From Geosiphon pyriformis uo1 (taxonomy: Eukaryota > Fungi > Glomeromycota): 64,000 nt of DNA. Under the pieces are notes generated by a model. That model was not told where the DNA came from, did no database searches, and saw only the letters and a list, made by a program, of their open reading frames with translations. A program made the translations under genes and the position numbers. Below are positions 12,673 through 24,322 of the stretch, piece after piece. Within the stretch, counting starts at the first letter, position 1; every line of letters starts with the position of its first letter. The stretch covers positions 295,548 through 359,547 of the forward strand of contig JAAOMT010000557.1 of the NCBI GenBank assembly GCA_016748015.1, in the 5' to 3' direction.

Positions 12673-14135
12673 ATGAGCGACAAACCTTCCACCTCCAAAC
12701 CACCAGAGGATGTATTACAGTTTCTTGACAGCCTTGACACATATAATCAAAAGAATAATTCTGCTGCTAATTTAACAGTTGGAAAAACAGCGAGCGGAAA
12801 CGAAGCGCCAAAGACAGTAGACGATCGAGCGACGGACACTCAATCTGTACTCGACTTTCTTGACCAATTTACACAAACTACTTCGTCCTCCACCGCAGAC
12901 CCAACTACTATTACAACTTCTCAAGTTTCCCCAGTGACCAACAAAATCATAAACGATGGTGGGCTAGTAAACGAGTCTTTAGAGAGCAAAGATCAAGCAA
13001 CTACTGGGGACCACGCAACAGAGCAACCTTCTCAGTCGCAGCAGCGATCTGGTTCTTGGTCCTGGGGTGGACTTCTTGCAACCGCCTCTACTGCTTATAA
13101 AACTGCTACGACAGTCGTTGATACCTCTGTTAAAGGAGCGTTAGCCACTGTCGAAACAGTTCGAGTTAATGAGAGCACCAAAAAATTTGAGGAAAGAGTT
13201 CGTGGATACGTAAATAAAGAAACAATTGGCAAAATTGGTAGATTTATCTTTTTTTTTTCTCAAGAAATGCTGCTTAGCAAAAAGCCTTCACTTCGAGTAA
13301 TATAAATTGAAACACACAAAATAGGTGCTGATCTGAAAACGCTCAGTTTAAGCACTATAAATACAGTAGTTAATGCTGTAGCTCCACCAATTGCTGAGCA
13401 TGAGGTGGTGGAAGTATGGTTGGCCCATGATATGGTTGGTTATATTGGCGTGGAATCTCTTGTATATCGTGCATTTATGAAAGTCATGGAACAAGTGGAA
13501 GGTGGGGATATTGTCATGCGAAAAGGCAATGAATCGAAAAGAAGAGACTCAGATGCTGGTACCTATCGAGACCTAAATTTTTGTGAAGGCTTTGTTGAGG
13601 CAGTAGGACTTGCGACGGTAAATCGATGAAATTTAATAATGTATAAAGAAATATTTGCTTATACAACTTCTCATTTTAGGCTACAATAGAACAAATTATC
13701 AAAGAAAATTATACTCCATCACAAAAAGAAAAAGAAAAGAGAAATGACTCAGAAGCGTCCTCTTTGGATAATGTGGTGACCACATGTCCTGTGTTTATGT
13801 CAATTCAACCAACCAAAGCAAATCCATATAATTTACCGTCTATATCCGATGAGCCAGGGACTGCTAATCATAATCTTGATCCCGACAAATATTTGTTCTA
13901 TGTGATTGTTCTCGCTGATCCAACTCACAAACTTAATTTTAAAACGTTCTCACAATCACTTCCGATTAGTTGGCTAGATATTCCATATGAGGAGAATGAA
14001 TGGGTTGAAGAAAAAATGGTGGAATCATTAAAACTAGCGGTGCAAGCAATCGCCCAGGATTATGTTTGGGCTCGGATGACTGGGGACGGAAAACATCCTC
14101 CACCACGAGTTGAAGTACCCATTATTCATGTATGA
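12673..14135 (+). CDS. MTC1: Maintenance of telomere capping protein 1 homologue (3 exons)
   Basis: EDVLQFLDSL N-terminus, WSWGGLLATAS motif, VWLAHDMVGY..VESLVYRAFMKVMEQVEGG, and C-terminal TFSQSLP..W...EWVEE..SLKLAVQAIAQDYV..RM. Confidence 0.85.
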
Positions 14136-14689
14136 AGAAAGAACGGCTTGCGCATAAGAATTTGCAGAAACTGTTTTTTTTTCGATTTGACAAAATTTAC
14201 ATTATATATTAGTTTTATATTAAAATAATTTAAGTATTTTCATTAAATAAATATTTTATATTACAGAAATTTTAATAGAAAAAGTACAAGACTATATATC
14301 TATCTATTCACTTTTTATAAATACACGGGCAGATTCAAAGAATTGGTGAAGTGACAAAATGAAAATCATGACCGTTCAAGTTTTTATCTAATCAATTCTG
14401 GTGTGAAGGGAAGTTTTTGATGAATTTGATTTCTTCACAGTTTGACGCTTGGGTTCATCTTAATTACTGGATTTAGTGCGAAAGAACAGGGTTCGTTTCG
14501 ATTTTGATAAAAATGCTAAATTAGTTGCAATTTTGTTTTATGATTGTGACTAAGCGGGGATGACGACCAACTTTGGCGTGTAGTTGAATTATTTTAAAAC
14601 AAAGTTCTTATATCCATCGTTTGCGTTGAAACATGTTCACATTTTAGGAAGCAAAATTCGACCTTGGGTTTGAGCTTGATATCAACCAG

Positions 14690-16569
14690 CTATTGATTCT
14701 TTTTCCCTTCCCGTCTTTGAAGATCTTCGTAAGCTGCTAAAGCGACAGCCTTCTCATATTCATCAACACATAACAAATCTTTTGCACTATAAGTCAACCC
14801 GTATCCAGTTTCCGGAGGACAATCAGAAACTCGAAATTGTAATTCTTGACCACGTTCAACTAATATCTCGCCAGTTACCAATTTGCCCCACAAGTCGAGC
14901 ACTGGCAAATCATTATAATCTGCCAATCTTTCATTAGGTAACTCTTTAACAATAATATAACTGTCAATAAGTGGTATTTCGAAAGGGTGAGGTGATTTTT
15001 GTCTTTGCTGATGAATATGCATTCCGTATTCTGCATGATTTGTTGACAGACTTGCAAAATTATTAAAATTCGGATATAGCATGACGTATCCACGGAGGTA
15101 AACAAGTTCGATAAAAAATCGTTTCCATGAATTCTTCCAACGATTTGATCGACTATCGGGAACAGTGATATTTTGTAACTTGATAGTTTTTATGTCTTGC
15201 ATACGTCCTGTCAAGTATTCATGAAATTCGCGCCAGATCTCCGGAAAATAAACAGCACCCCAACTGCACGGCACTTGGGTGAGATATGGAGAATGTTCGT
15301 GAATTTGGGCCATTTTAAGTATCGATGACGGATCAAATTTTTTGCGACCAGTAATATTTAGTTCCAAATGATTAGGACTATATAAGCTTACGCCAAACAT
15401 TCGTTTGCTTGATGAACGATCGGAGCCGTATCGATATTTCAATACGTTATATTTTATCCAAATATAAAAAAATGGTGAAACCTCGACATCATCCTCTAAA
15501 AGGACGGCATATTCATCTTCATTAGCAGGATAAAAAGATTCTACAATAGCAGGTAACAGACCACCCTGTTGTACCCGATGTCGAAGAGTCACTGGGCCAA
15601 AACGCCATTTAAATTTCTGAGCGTAGTCAATCGTGATAGGATCAGCACCTTGATCCATATTTATCGTGAGTGGTATTTCATCACCAAGAGAATAGGAAGA
15701 TTCAAGCGACCGTAGTAAACGTGAAAAAGAATCAGGTCGATCCTGGGTGATAATTTGGATATAGATTTTTGGTGTATTCCAGTCTATAAATATTGAAGAT
15801 AATGTTAAAAAATTAGCCAAAGTAGACTAATTTTCATTAAAAAAAAAAAAAAAAAGAGCCTACATTTCAACGTGTCTATTGTAAGATTTGGTAACCAATC
15901 TAAATATTCAATTTCGTTCAAATGCACTCCTATTCCAGTTACATCTACAGAATCAGATATTGCAGCAACTAAACCACGTGTTGCAGAATTTCGAAAATCT
16001 TTGACGTAAAAGACAATTTCTGGTTTTAATCGACCTAATATTAGGAGCATTTCCTGGAAAACTTTTGATAAAGTATTCACGTAATCTTCGGATGACCAAG
16101 TAAATCTGCTAGAATGACCGACGTCCAAGTCAAAAATAGTAAGAGAACAATTATGAAATTGACTTTGATTAATCAATTCTGTCATTTCTGTTCCACTCAT
16201 TCCTCGTTGACTGCCAGTAACGACAACATTAAGGGAAAGAGAACGGTCCGACTGTTTTGCAAATTTGCAAAAAATTGGGTGCAAAAGTTTTGCTTGTTGA
16301 CTTCCGTCAACAAACACTAGAAATTTTTGTGTAGTGCTAGATGCGTCGAATTCGTGACTGGCTCGAGATTTTAAGGGTTGAAGGGTACTTTGACCTCCAA
16401 ATATATAAAAAGTTGTCGAGAAGATGAGGAAAATAGTGAGCAGTGCCGAAAGGTTGCGCAATAGTCTTGAAAAAGGAGCAGAACGCATTGCTGAAAACTT
16501 TTTTCCAACACGTTTGTGTATAGGAATGTGAGGGGAGAATAAACTTTGTCCTTCTTCGTAATGAAGCAT
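14690..16569 (-). CDS. Type II membrane GT-A fold glycosyltransferase (GT2-like), 2 exons
   Basis: Exon 16569-15864 carries an N-terminal TM anchor. Exon 15783-14690 carries IITQDRPDSFSRLLRSL, LLEDDVEVSPFFY (DXD-like) and QVPCSWGAVYFP. Confidence 0.88.
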
Positions 16570-18052
16570 TACAGCTTGTGCGTTCCAACCGGTGGTGCAG
16601 ATTTTTCTAGGAGGTTCAAAGTATTATGAGAAATAGAAGAGCCAACTGTTTTATTAAATGGCTTCAGACAAAGTTGCGGAAAAGAAGGGTAGTGGTTTAG
16701 GGGATGGATGGATGAGTGGATGAGTGAATGGGTGAGTGGGTGGGTAGGAGGAGAGGAGGTAAAAAGAAAGGGAATGAAACCCAAAGTTGGCTAGGGTTTA
16801 GTGATAAACAGTTTACAGAAATGATGAAGTTAAATACCCGGTTCCCATTTTCCAATTTAGCATCTCAGGGCATACTCTTGATTTTTGTCCTACAGTCTGG
16901 TGAATTAGGTGTATATTATTGAGATTTCGTTTCGAAATATTTTATAATGGTAAAATATCAAAAATTAATTTCTTTTCATCAGGTCAGAATTATACCCGGT
17001 TTATTTGAATTTTAAATGTTCTTATTCTTGTTTGGATCGTGAATCTGATCTTTTGTTGACAAAACAGAACGTCAGTTTTTCCAAATTATGGTTTGTCGAA
17101 AAATTGCATAATCTTTTTAGTGGGAAGCCAAATTGGTAAGCGAGGGATGGAAAAGAAATTTCCATTATTGTGATACCATTAAATAAATAATAATTATTTT
17201 CTTGAAAAAGAATCTTCCATCACGGAATATTCTTTTTACTTTATCATCTCGCTACAGTATCAAATTTTCAAACAAAAAATACTATACAATCGAGGCTCCT
17301 CGAAATGAATAAAGCGTATTTTTTTTATAATGAGGTAGGTGATTGAGAAAGCTTAATGACGCCAAAAAAAAATTGATATCGTCTCTTATTTGAAATTTCA
17401 AACTTTTTAGTTATTAGGGAAGGATTACAAAAATCAAAAAGATTCTCAAGTTTTGTAAATTGAAAGAGTCGGTCAGACCTTCTCATTCGAACCTTCTAAT
17501 TCGATCCCTATTGGGTCGTTTCTGCAAAAGGATAATGAAATGACGAAAGATGCTTCATGCAAAAAATTTAATAATTAAGAAACTTTAAAATTTCATTTTA
17601 CAATGCATCTACACATCAACAATTTCCTTTTGTATGATGCCTGTTTTTTGTGGGGAAAGAGGATATATTTTGAAGAAATGAATTTGTGTGACAATTGATA
17701 AATTTTTTTTATCGGGTACTCGGAACTGCATGAGAATATGTAGAAATGAACCTATAAAATGCTATGGTAGGAGGAATTTTACTTATAGGTTGATAATTAC
17801 GCTGAAACAGTAAAGGACCCTTTAAAAAATGTTTATTAGTGTGTGAAAATGATACGTTATCATTGATGATCTTGATCTTGTGTAAAGAAAAAATTATTTG
17901 TTTGGCAACCGATTAGCGAGAGATAAAACTCAAGATTTTGATTGGAGTATATTTTAATATATTTAAAGAGTAAAATAAAAAAATATTATAAATATTGCTA
18001 ATAATTAAAAATAAAAATAGTTTTTGAATTGATTTATTACATATTTTTTAAA

Positions 18053-18082
18053 TAATAATAATAAATAATAATAATTATAATA

Positions 18083-18130
<48 letters not shown>
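18053..18130. repeat. (AAT)n microsatellite
   Basis: Directly visible, slightly imperfect at its 5' side. Confidence 0.95.
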
Positions 18131-18699
18131 CATAATAAACTGAACAAAATTTAATAAATTTTATTTGATAGTAAACTATGTGAATTTATTTCATATCTTG
18201 CTTGTAAGAATTTACGTAAATTGCTCATGAATAAATATATTGGTCTCAATTTTACATTTAGGAAGCTCATTATTAACCATTTGAAACTTCATTGTGTGTT
18301 GTTCACATGTATAAAATAAACGCGAAATTTTATCTTTAATCATCTCTACAGTGTATACTATGGCTTGTGTTTTGAAAAACAGAAATAAATTTTAATTATG
18401 GTAATAAATCTCTCAATTAATTTTTTGTAATAGCTAGTTTCTTTTAAACCCTTCGTTTATGAAAATCTATAAATATAAATAATAATATTCCCATTATCCA
18501 AATTGTTTTATCGTCTAAATATTTATTGGTTGTTGATAATATTAAAACCATTGATTTTCATTTATATTAATCTCGTCAGACTTCCATTTTAATTTATTAA
18601 AAACAAAATGTGAGGCTTGCAATCTGAAATCTGACTAAAAGTTTTATTTTAAATTAATCGAATTTTTTACTCGATCTTTCAATTTCCTGAAATCACTTA

Positions 18700-18955
18700 A
18701 TCAAGTTACTATTTCTTACCCTAAATGAAGAAATTCTTTATCAAAATCAAGCTCTCAAAGAAATAGCTAAAACGCTCAAAGAAAAAATCTCCCAAGATTC
18801 CTGGACTCGTCTCCTAGGCCCCCTTTTTTAGGGGTTATGAAGCGTGTTGTCTAAAAGATTAATTTTGAAGTTTGTTACACCATCTCTCTAATCAATTTTA
18901 TCTAAATCTTGAGAGATAAATTATGTCAGTGATAAAAAGGGAAAAGTAATTAATC
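18700..18955 (+). pseudogene. Possible decayed ClpA/B/C AAA+ ATPase (second ATPase domain) fragment
   Basis: Frame-broken readings in order: LNEEILYQNQALKEIAKTLK, RLLGPLF(L)G, D*F-E-VC-H, *IL, YVSDKKGKVIN. They parallel Clp L..RVIGQ..A...VA, RPLGSFLFLG, DEIEKAHP, QIL, RLTD.KG..VDF. No introns. Confidence 0.35.
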
Positions 18956-19151
18956 AAAGTCTTTCAAACTCTATGAAACAATTTCAAAAAAAAAGTGGTA
19001 CATTTCAAAATGTTAAATGAACATAATTCTTATAAATATTTGGTTTCTGGTAAAACTAAAATGATAATATACTATTCCAATTTATTTTGAACCCTGATGA
19101 TCTGCAGATAAATCTCCGTTAACTCTTCGCTGATCACGCTCGAATTTGACA

Positions 19152-19160
19152 ATGAGTCAT
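19152..19160. promoter_or_regulatory. Perfect Gcn4/AP-1-type bZIP site
   Basis: ATGAGTCAT about 75 bp upstream of the Pol X start. Confidence 0.4.
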
Positions 19161-19233
19161 TGTTTCACTAAAAGGACAAGTCAGTGAACCCACAAAGTTT
19201 AGAACGGATGCTTTGAATTTTTCAAATCTCGTG

Positions 19234-21499
19234 ATGATGCGTCAACCGAAACAAGTCGTTTTGAGCTTCAAGCACCAAAACCAAAGTCACTTCTCAACCT
19301 TGACTTTGCGTCCCTATTCCCCCTCTCTCAAAAAAACACTGTACAGCCACTCACACAAGCGAGCTAGCTTTTCAAGTTTCATTGTAACTATAGAAAGTCC
19401 CAAGTTGTTTTTACTTGCGCCGACCATTCAAGGGCCTTTACGCAAGAACACACGACTTTCCCGCGTTAAACCCACTTTTTCAACAAACACTGCTAACTTG
19501 CGTTTCAGCGTGAAGGATGCAAGCGCTCCAGTCCCTAAATTGTTGGAAAAGAAAAAAAACAAAACAGAAAAAATAGTGCTTTCAAAGTCTGAGGCACCCC
19601 CTCAAAATTTGAACTCCAACATAACAAAAATACTTGAAGGTTTAAGGAAGACTCTCTTGCTTGAGGATTCTTATCTTCAATTTATTATAATTATAATTTT
19701 ATGTTACAGTATTGGCTCGTAAAGAAAGAGATAACGTATACAAGGAACGAGTATATTTCAACGCGATTCGTTCAATATCATTATATCCTCAGAAACTCGC
19801 ATCGGGAGAAGAAGCAAAACGAATAAAAGGAATAGGAGACAGTATTGCTCAAACCATTGATGAAATCTTGAAAACAGTATGTAGTTGAAATGAATTTATA
19901 ACTCTATAATTGAAAAGATCAAAAGTATGTGATCTTTGGGGCAATTAATAGTCAAAATTTTCATTTTTACCATTTCATTAAGGGTACATGCAAAAAATTA
20001 ACAGAGGAAATCGGTCCAGAAGATGAGTTGCAGAATTTGGTCACTCAAGTTCATGGAATTGGGTGCGCCGCTTCCTCCTTTAAAATTTGGAATCCGTATT
20101 ATGGAAATTATTGAGATTAAAGCAATTTCTTGGAGATGTCTCATTTATTATGTTTAATATTTTACTTTGAAAGGCCAGTATCCGCCCAGAGATTGATTGA
20201 AAAAGGATGCAAATCAATTGATGATGTTGCTAAAGATCCTGATTTAACGTCCAAGCAGCGAATAGGAATCAAGTATTTTAACGATTTGGCAACCGAAATT
20301 CCTCGTCAAGAGATGGTCGCACTGGAAGTAATAAATGGTTTTTTGTGCAATTTGTTTTTATTTCGTGATTATTTTTCCTGATTTCAGATTATTTGCTAAT
20401 TATGGCATATTACAAAAGGGATACATAATCGGAGCGTTACAAAAATTAGACGAAAAATATATTGCGACCATTTGTGGAAACTTGTAGGTATTTTTTTTAT
20501 AAATTGGGTCAAAATTATCATGATATATTTAATTTTTTCTTTTTTCCCGTTTTAATTAGTCGGCTAGGCTTTCAAATGTCCCGTGATATAGATCTCTTAG
20601 TCTCCCACTATGACTATATAAGTTCGCTCCAACCTAAACCAGGAGAACTACTTCAGAAAATTGCCAATAATCTTGAAGAAAAACAATTTATCAAAGATCA
20701 TATTAGTATAGGACCGCTTAAATACATGGTAAATTTTTATTCTCGAATTCATAAATAATAATTAAACTCGGGAACTTACCCAATATACCTAGGGAATATG
20801 CCGACTTTCAAACGACACGAGTTATTTGCACCGACGAATTAACATGCGGTATTTTATAACAGTTTACCCATTTCCAATTACTTGAAAATGTATAGGTCAA
20901 TTGAGTGATATTTCAACATGTCTCTCGATTTCAGATTAGTACCTTACGATCGCTACTGGCTTGCTGTGTTCACCCTCACAGGTGATGATGAGTTCATCAG
21001 ATATACTCGATCTCGTGCCATTAAAAACGGCCTTAATATGAATGAATACATCCTGGCACCTAAAGATCCCGCGACTGGCGAATTAGGAGAACCTCTCGAG
21101 ATAAAGAATGAGGAAGATATATTCAAAATGATTGGAATGAAATATTTACCACCCGAAGATCGGTGTTGGAACCCGGTAAAAAGGGAATTAAAGAAGGGAC
21201 AACCATTAAGCGTAGATTGGTGGAGAAATCTATCCAGCCAAACTTCAGATCGATCTCGATGGGCTGAAAAGACCACGGATACAAGTCGGCAAAAGCAGTC
21301 ATTCATTTCAAGATCTTTGTTTGGAAAAGAATTAACGAGTCAAACCCAAACAGGAACGGTAGTGAATAACAGTAACATGATACTAAAGGAAGAAATTAAG
21401 CAAGAAATTAAGCAAGATGTTCCAAAAAGTAGACCACTATTATTTGAAGTTACAAAGCGCATATTCAAATGGCCTTGGCCGACAGAAAAAAGGGCTTGA
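19234..21499 (+). CDS. Family X DNA polymerase (Pol beta-like, no BRCT), predicted catalytically impaired, with presequence-like N-terminus
   Basis: Eight exons join in frame: NLNSNITKILE/VLARKE..KERVYFNAIRSI..EEAKRIKGIGDSIAQTIDEILKT/G..VHGIG/PVSAQRL..QRIGIKYFNDL..IPRQEM../ATICGNF/RLGFQMSRDIDLLVSH..KYM/GICRL..HRRINMR/LVPYDRYWLAVFTLTGDDEFIRYTRSRA..MNEY..EEDIFKMIGMKYLPPEDR. Colinear with Pol beta. Start ATG at 19234 or 19237. Confidence 0.9.
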
Positions 21500-21773
21500 A
21501 GGTGAACCAATGCGATAACTAGATATTGCAAGAAATACAGAATGCACTGCTTCGATCAGAGGGCTGGATGTCTAAAAGTTCCAACGAGGGGGATTTTGAG
21601 AGATTGTTTATACCAATTTATTTAACTTTTCGTCCAACCTTTGGCATTTCATTAGCGAGTAGATTATTTTCTAGACTGATATGATAGTTTTAATACTGAT
21701 TGGCCTTTATCATTTCAACTCGTCTGTGTAAAATTATAAAACAAAAGAGTTTAGCCCACAAAGCAAAGCTCAG

Positions 21774-22130
21774 TCATATGGTGTGTTTCACTTCAGCCTT
21801 TAATTTTGTCACCTCCTGCTCCAGCCGAAGCAGTTCGCTTTCTTTTTGTTCTACATATTCTTTATAGTCCAATTTATACCACAAGAAATGCAGAGCAACA
21901 TAAGTACTCGAACTCCATAAGAAAAAATTTGTAATTGGTGTTCCAAAGGTTTGCCAAAAAGTGAGCCTCTTTTGGTTGGAACTGAAGGGGGGTGAAGTTG
22001 GCGGAGTGGTTGTTGAACTTCGTCTTAAAGTAAGCATAATTGGCCCTGGTTCAGCACCCAAGGAAAAAGACGTGTTTATGCTCGACCCAAGGTCAAGTTT
22101 TGCCTTGAAGAGTCGAGAGACCCGAAACAT
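21774..22130 (-). CDS. Small mitochondrial inner-membrane protein, Ina17-like
   Basis: 118 aa single exon: basic presequence, FGTPITNFFLWSSSTYVALHFLWYKL TM segment, then coiled coil EQKESELLRLEQEV. Resembles INAC subunit Ina17 as recalled, not searched. Confidence 0.7.
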   Translation of the reverse strand: MFRVSRLFKAKLDLGSSINTSFSLGAEPGPIMLTLRRSSTTTPPTSPPFSSNQKRLTFWQTFGTPITNFFLWSSSTYVALHFLWYKLDYKEYVEQKESELLRLEQEVTKLKAEVKHTI

Positions 22131-22189
22131 ATTTTTTCGTTGGTGCTGTATGATAATCCGTTGATAAATTATAAATATCTAATGGCAGA

Positions 22190-22198
22190 ATGACTCAT
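22190..22198. promoter_or_regulatory. Perfect Gcn4/AP-1 site in a 111 bp divergent promoter
   Basis: ATGACTCAT between the ATGs at 22130 (-) and 22242 (+), with a reverse CCAAT (ATTGG) at 22203. Confidence 0.45.
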
Positions 22199-22241
22199 AA
22201 TTATTGGCTTAAATATTTTGGGTTCCACTTGCCGATATATC

Positions 22242-23617
22242 ATGGCACGTAAAAAGAAAAGGTCACTTACTATCTTTGCATTTGAGAAAGAGAGGGACAA
22301 AAACTCGAAAAAACGACAGAAAGGCTTTCCTATTGAGATTCCTGAGGCTCAAGAGTTAAAAAGCTTAACACAGGAATCGGATATCGTGGAAGAGGCCCGA
22401 GAAGAGCAACAACTTGACCCTATTAATATATCGGAGGGTGTTGATGAAGAACAGGTTCTTAAAAATGAGCCAGAACCGGTAGAGCTCGTCTCAGAAGGTG
22501 TTGATGAAGAACAGGTTCTTAAAAATGAGCCAGAACCGGTAGAGCTATCTCTTATTCCGAAAAATGTCAACACCTATCTCGTCCTGGAAGGTATTGATGA
22601 AGAAGAGGTTCTTGAAAATGACCCAGAACTTTTAGAGCTCTCTCTCATTCCGAAAAATGTCAACGCTTACCTCGTCCCCCAAACACCACGAATACCAAAA
22701 ACTCCCACGGAGAAAGAATCTACGCGTCGGTTGATTGTGGTTCTAGAGGCGGCTTGTTTGATGACCTACAAATTCGACAAAAAGAAAACAGTTGAATTAC
22801 TGAACTGCGACGACCATCGTGGCATTTTACAAAAGCTTGGTAGAAACCCTTCTGATTCTAGACCAGATATCACTCATCAGGTAAAGATATTTCAACTAGA
22901 TCTAATTGATTTAATTTCGCTCGCCTCAAAAATTCATCGCTTAATTAATCTAGCCTTTTATTTGAATGAAGTGTTTGATGCAGTTGCTAGATACTCCATT
23001 AAATAAAGCTGGTTTATTACAAATTTATGTACACACTGCAAAAGGCGTGCTGATCGAAGTGAATCCGCATGTGAGAATACCAAGAACTTTCAAAAGATTT
23101 TCTGGCTTAATGGGTAGGATGGCAGAATTTTTATTAGGAATGTATATTCATTTAATTGTTTTACAATTGACTTTTTGGCTTTTATGCTGTTTCTCAAACA
23201 CAACCCAGTACAATTGCTACATAAACTCAGTGTCTCCTCAATTAGAGGTTCAGAAAAGCTCTTAAGGGTAATCAAGAATCCAGTCACACAATATCTACCG
23301 ACCAAGTGTAAAAAATTAAGTATGTTCAAGATTTTGCCACTGTTAAATTTCAGTATTTTTTGCTGATCGATAACACTTCTTATTTTGCAAAAGCCTTATC
23401 ATTCGACGCAAAGACTGTAAGACTTAGAGATTATCTTCCCACCATCCCCTCCGATCATTCTATATGTGTTGCGATTGGAGCAATGGCTCATGGCCCTGAT
23501 ACTTTTGCCGATGATTGGGTGGACGAAAAGATTGGAATTTCCGAATATTCATTATCAGCTGCTGTGACATGCGCAAAATTCTGCTGTACTTTAGAAGATT
23601 TATGGAATATAGTATGA
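22242..23617 (+). CDS. EMG1: 18S rRNA pseudouridine N1-methyltransferase Nep1/Emg1 with repetitive acidic N-terminal extension
   Basis: [96 protein letters not shown]. Three GT-AG introns. Confidence 0.96.
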
Positions 23618-24226
23618 TGCCCGAAAATAGGTGGACAGGTTGTGTTTAGGTTGGTTAATTGGATCTTTTTAATTCCAAATCCATTTGAATAGCTCCTTAA
23701 TGAACTAAAGATTGGGTTAAAAATTTTGTTTACCGATATTTAATCGGAAAAGGGAGAATACAGTCATACCTCTCAGATGATTAACAAAATCCTTGAATTT
23801 TATAAATTGTTTGATACACAGATATCCTATGGTGTTAAGCTTTATGCCTTGATAATGTCCAAATGACCGAGGATTCGGGAGTGTGTATGGCTGGGGACAT
23901 ATTCTGGCTTTTTAGACAAACATTACTTGTGCTTTAATATCAATCAAATAACGCAAGGCTCGGGCAGGTGCTTTTGTTTCGGTAAATTAAGGTCACACTT
24001 TAAAAGATTAATATTGAGATAAAATTTTATAAAGTCACAATTAATTTTTGTTTTTGAGATAATTGTAAGTTTTTCATTTTTTGATGTTCAATTGTAAACT
24101 TGACAAAAATTAAAATCAAGTTTTAATATAATTGTTTTAACATTAATAAAAAAAATAATGTTGAATAATCAAATAATCAAAAAAAAATTTTTTGGGGGTT
24201 ATTCATTCAAAAAGGAAGTACTGGTG

Positions 24227-24322
24227 AATACGCGTCTTGACGCGTATTTATATTTTAGTCTGATCACTACACGTATGCACGAACTCAACTATTTTATCCG
24301 AGACCACAAGTAAACGCGTTTA
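24227..24322. promoter_or_regulatory. Cluster of three MCB-type ACGCGT boxes, two of them in a perfect inverted repeat
   Basis: AATACGCGTC-TT-GACGCGTATT (24227-24248) and TAAACGCGTTTA (24311-24322). Confidence 0.5.
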
